The position numbers and the translations under genes were made by a program. Positions 63,595 through 64,000 of a DNA stretch of 64,000 bases are shown here, piece after piece. The notes below the pieces were generated by a model, which worked only from the letters and a program-made list of their open reading frames with translations, did not search any database and was not told the origin of the DNA. The stretch lies in the IMG/VR virus record IMGVR_UViG_3300017971_000203. The stretch is one strand, 5' to 3'. The stretch comes from a virus. Numbering within the stretch: position 1 is the first letter of the stretch; each line of letters starts with the position of its first letter.

Positions 63595-63941
63595 CGGATC
63601 CTCGTTTCCAGAAGCCGGATGAGCTCCCGGGCAGCCTGGGGCCGAAGCATCAACTGCAAACGAGCGCCCTTCATGTTGACCCGTCTCGCCTCCACCTCGA
63701 TCTCAAAGCGCCCCAGGAACGTCTTGATGCGGTCTCCGTCGTTCTTCAGCGATGCGTCGCAGGGGCGGTACACCACCTGCTTCTTCGTCTCGGGCTCGTA
63801 GTAATAGTGCTGGTAGCTATACGTCCCGTCGCGTCTTCGGACCTTCACGCGGACGGGGTCCCGCAGAAAACCGCAGAAGTAGCAGCGGTCTCTACCCTCG
63901 AGAGCCTTGGACTCCCAGGAATGGTGGATCTTGTCAGCCAT
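63591..63941 (-). CDS. Hypothetical protein
   Basis: 116-aa ORF coupled to the downstream gene. Confidence 0.55.
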   Translation of the reverse strand: MADKIHHSWESKALEGRDRCYFCGFLRDPVRVKVRRRDGTYSYQHYYYEPETKKQVVYRPCDASLKNDGDRIKTFLGRFEIEVEARRVNMKGARLQLMLRPQAARELIRLLETRIR

Positions 63942-64000
63942 TGAACGATGCCTTGAGCCGCGCCACGGTCCGCCTCATGAGAGTGCACTCATCACAATGT

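Overview
This looks like a 64 kb segment of a large, GC-rich tailed-phage genome, with nearly every gene on the minus strand. The host is plausibly a myxobacterium, an inference from a Myxococcota-type sigma-HTH protein and a myxobacterial-like tmRNA tag. From left to right: (1) a giant ORF of over 2000 aa (1-6024), missing from the ORF track because it runs off the window, with two tandem HipA/PI3-4K-like kinase domains. (2) A recombination/replication block: ParB-like protein, RusA, Cas4-like nuclease, Hjc-like resolvase, RecA, MerR-HTH protein, intein-containing SF2 helicase, SSB, Prim-Pol, intein-containing DnaB, DnaC-like ATPase and an initiator. (3) A MoxR/VWA pair, family-4 UDG, a protein phosphatase, an ADP-ribosylglycohydrolase and Dam. 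(4) A Ro60/TROVE gene. Upstream of it lies a 3.4 kb non-coding cluster (45830-49200) with tmRNA, four tRNAs, several tRNA-framed RNAs carrying large insertions, and seven Y-RNA-like units that share a constant terminal module but have different internal domains. (5) An early/accessory region with conserved sigma70-type promoters, a repeated CCAACGGAGGGG leader, a tandem-CsrA-like protein, a PG-binding protein, a dNK and a HAD protein. The strongest candidate for a new system is the Ro60 plus modular Y-RNA/tRNA-mimic array. All assignments come from motifs and base-pairing read by eye; no database search was run.
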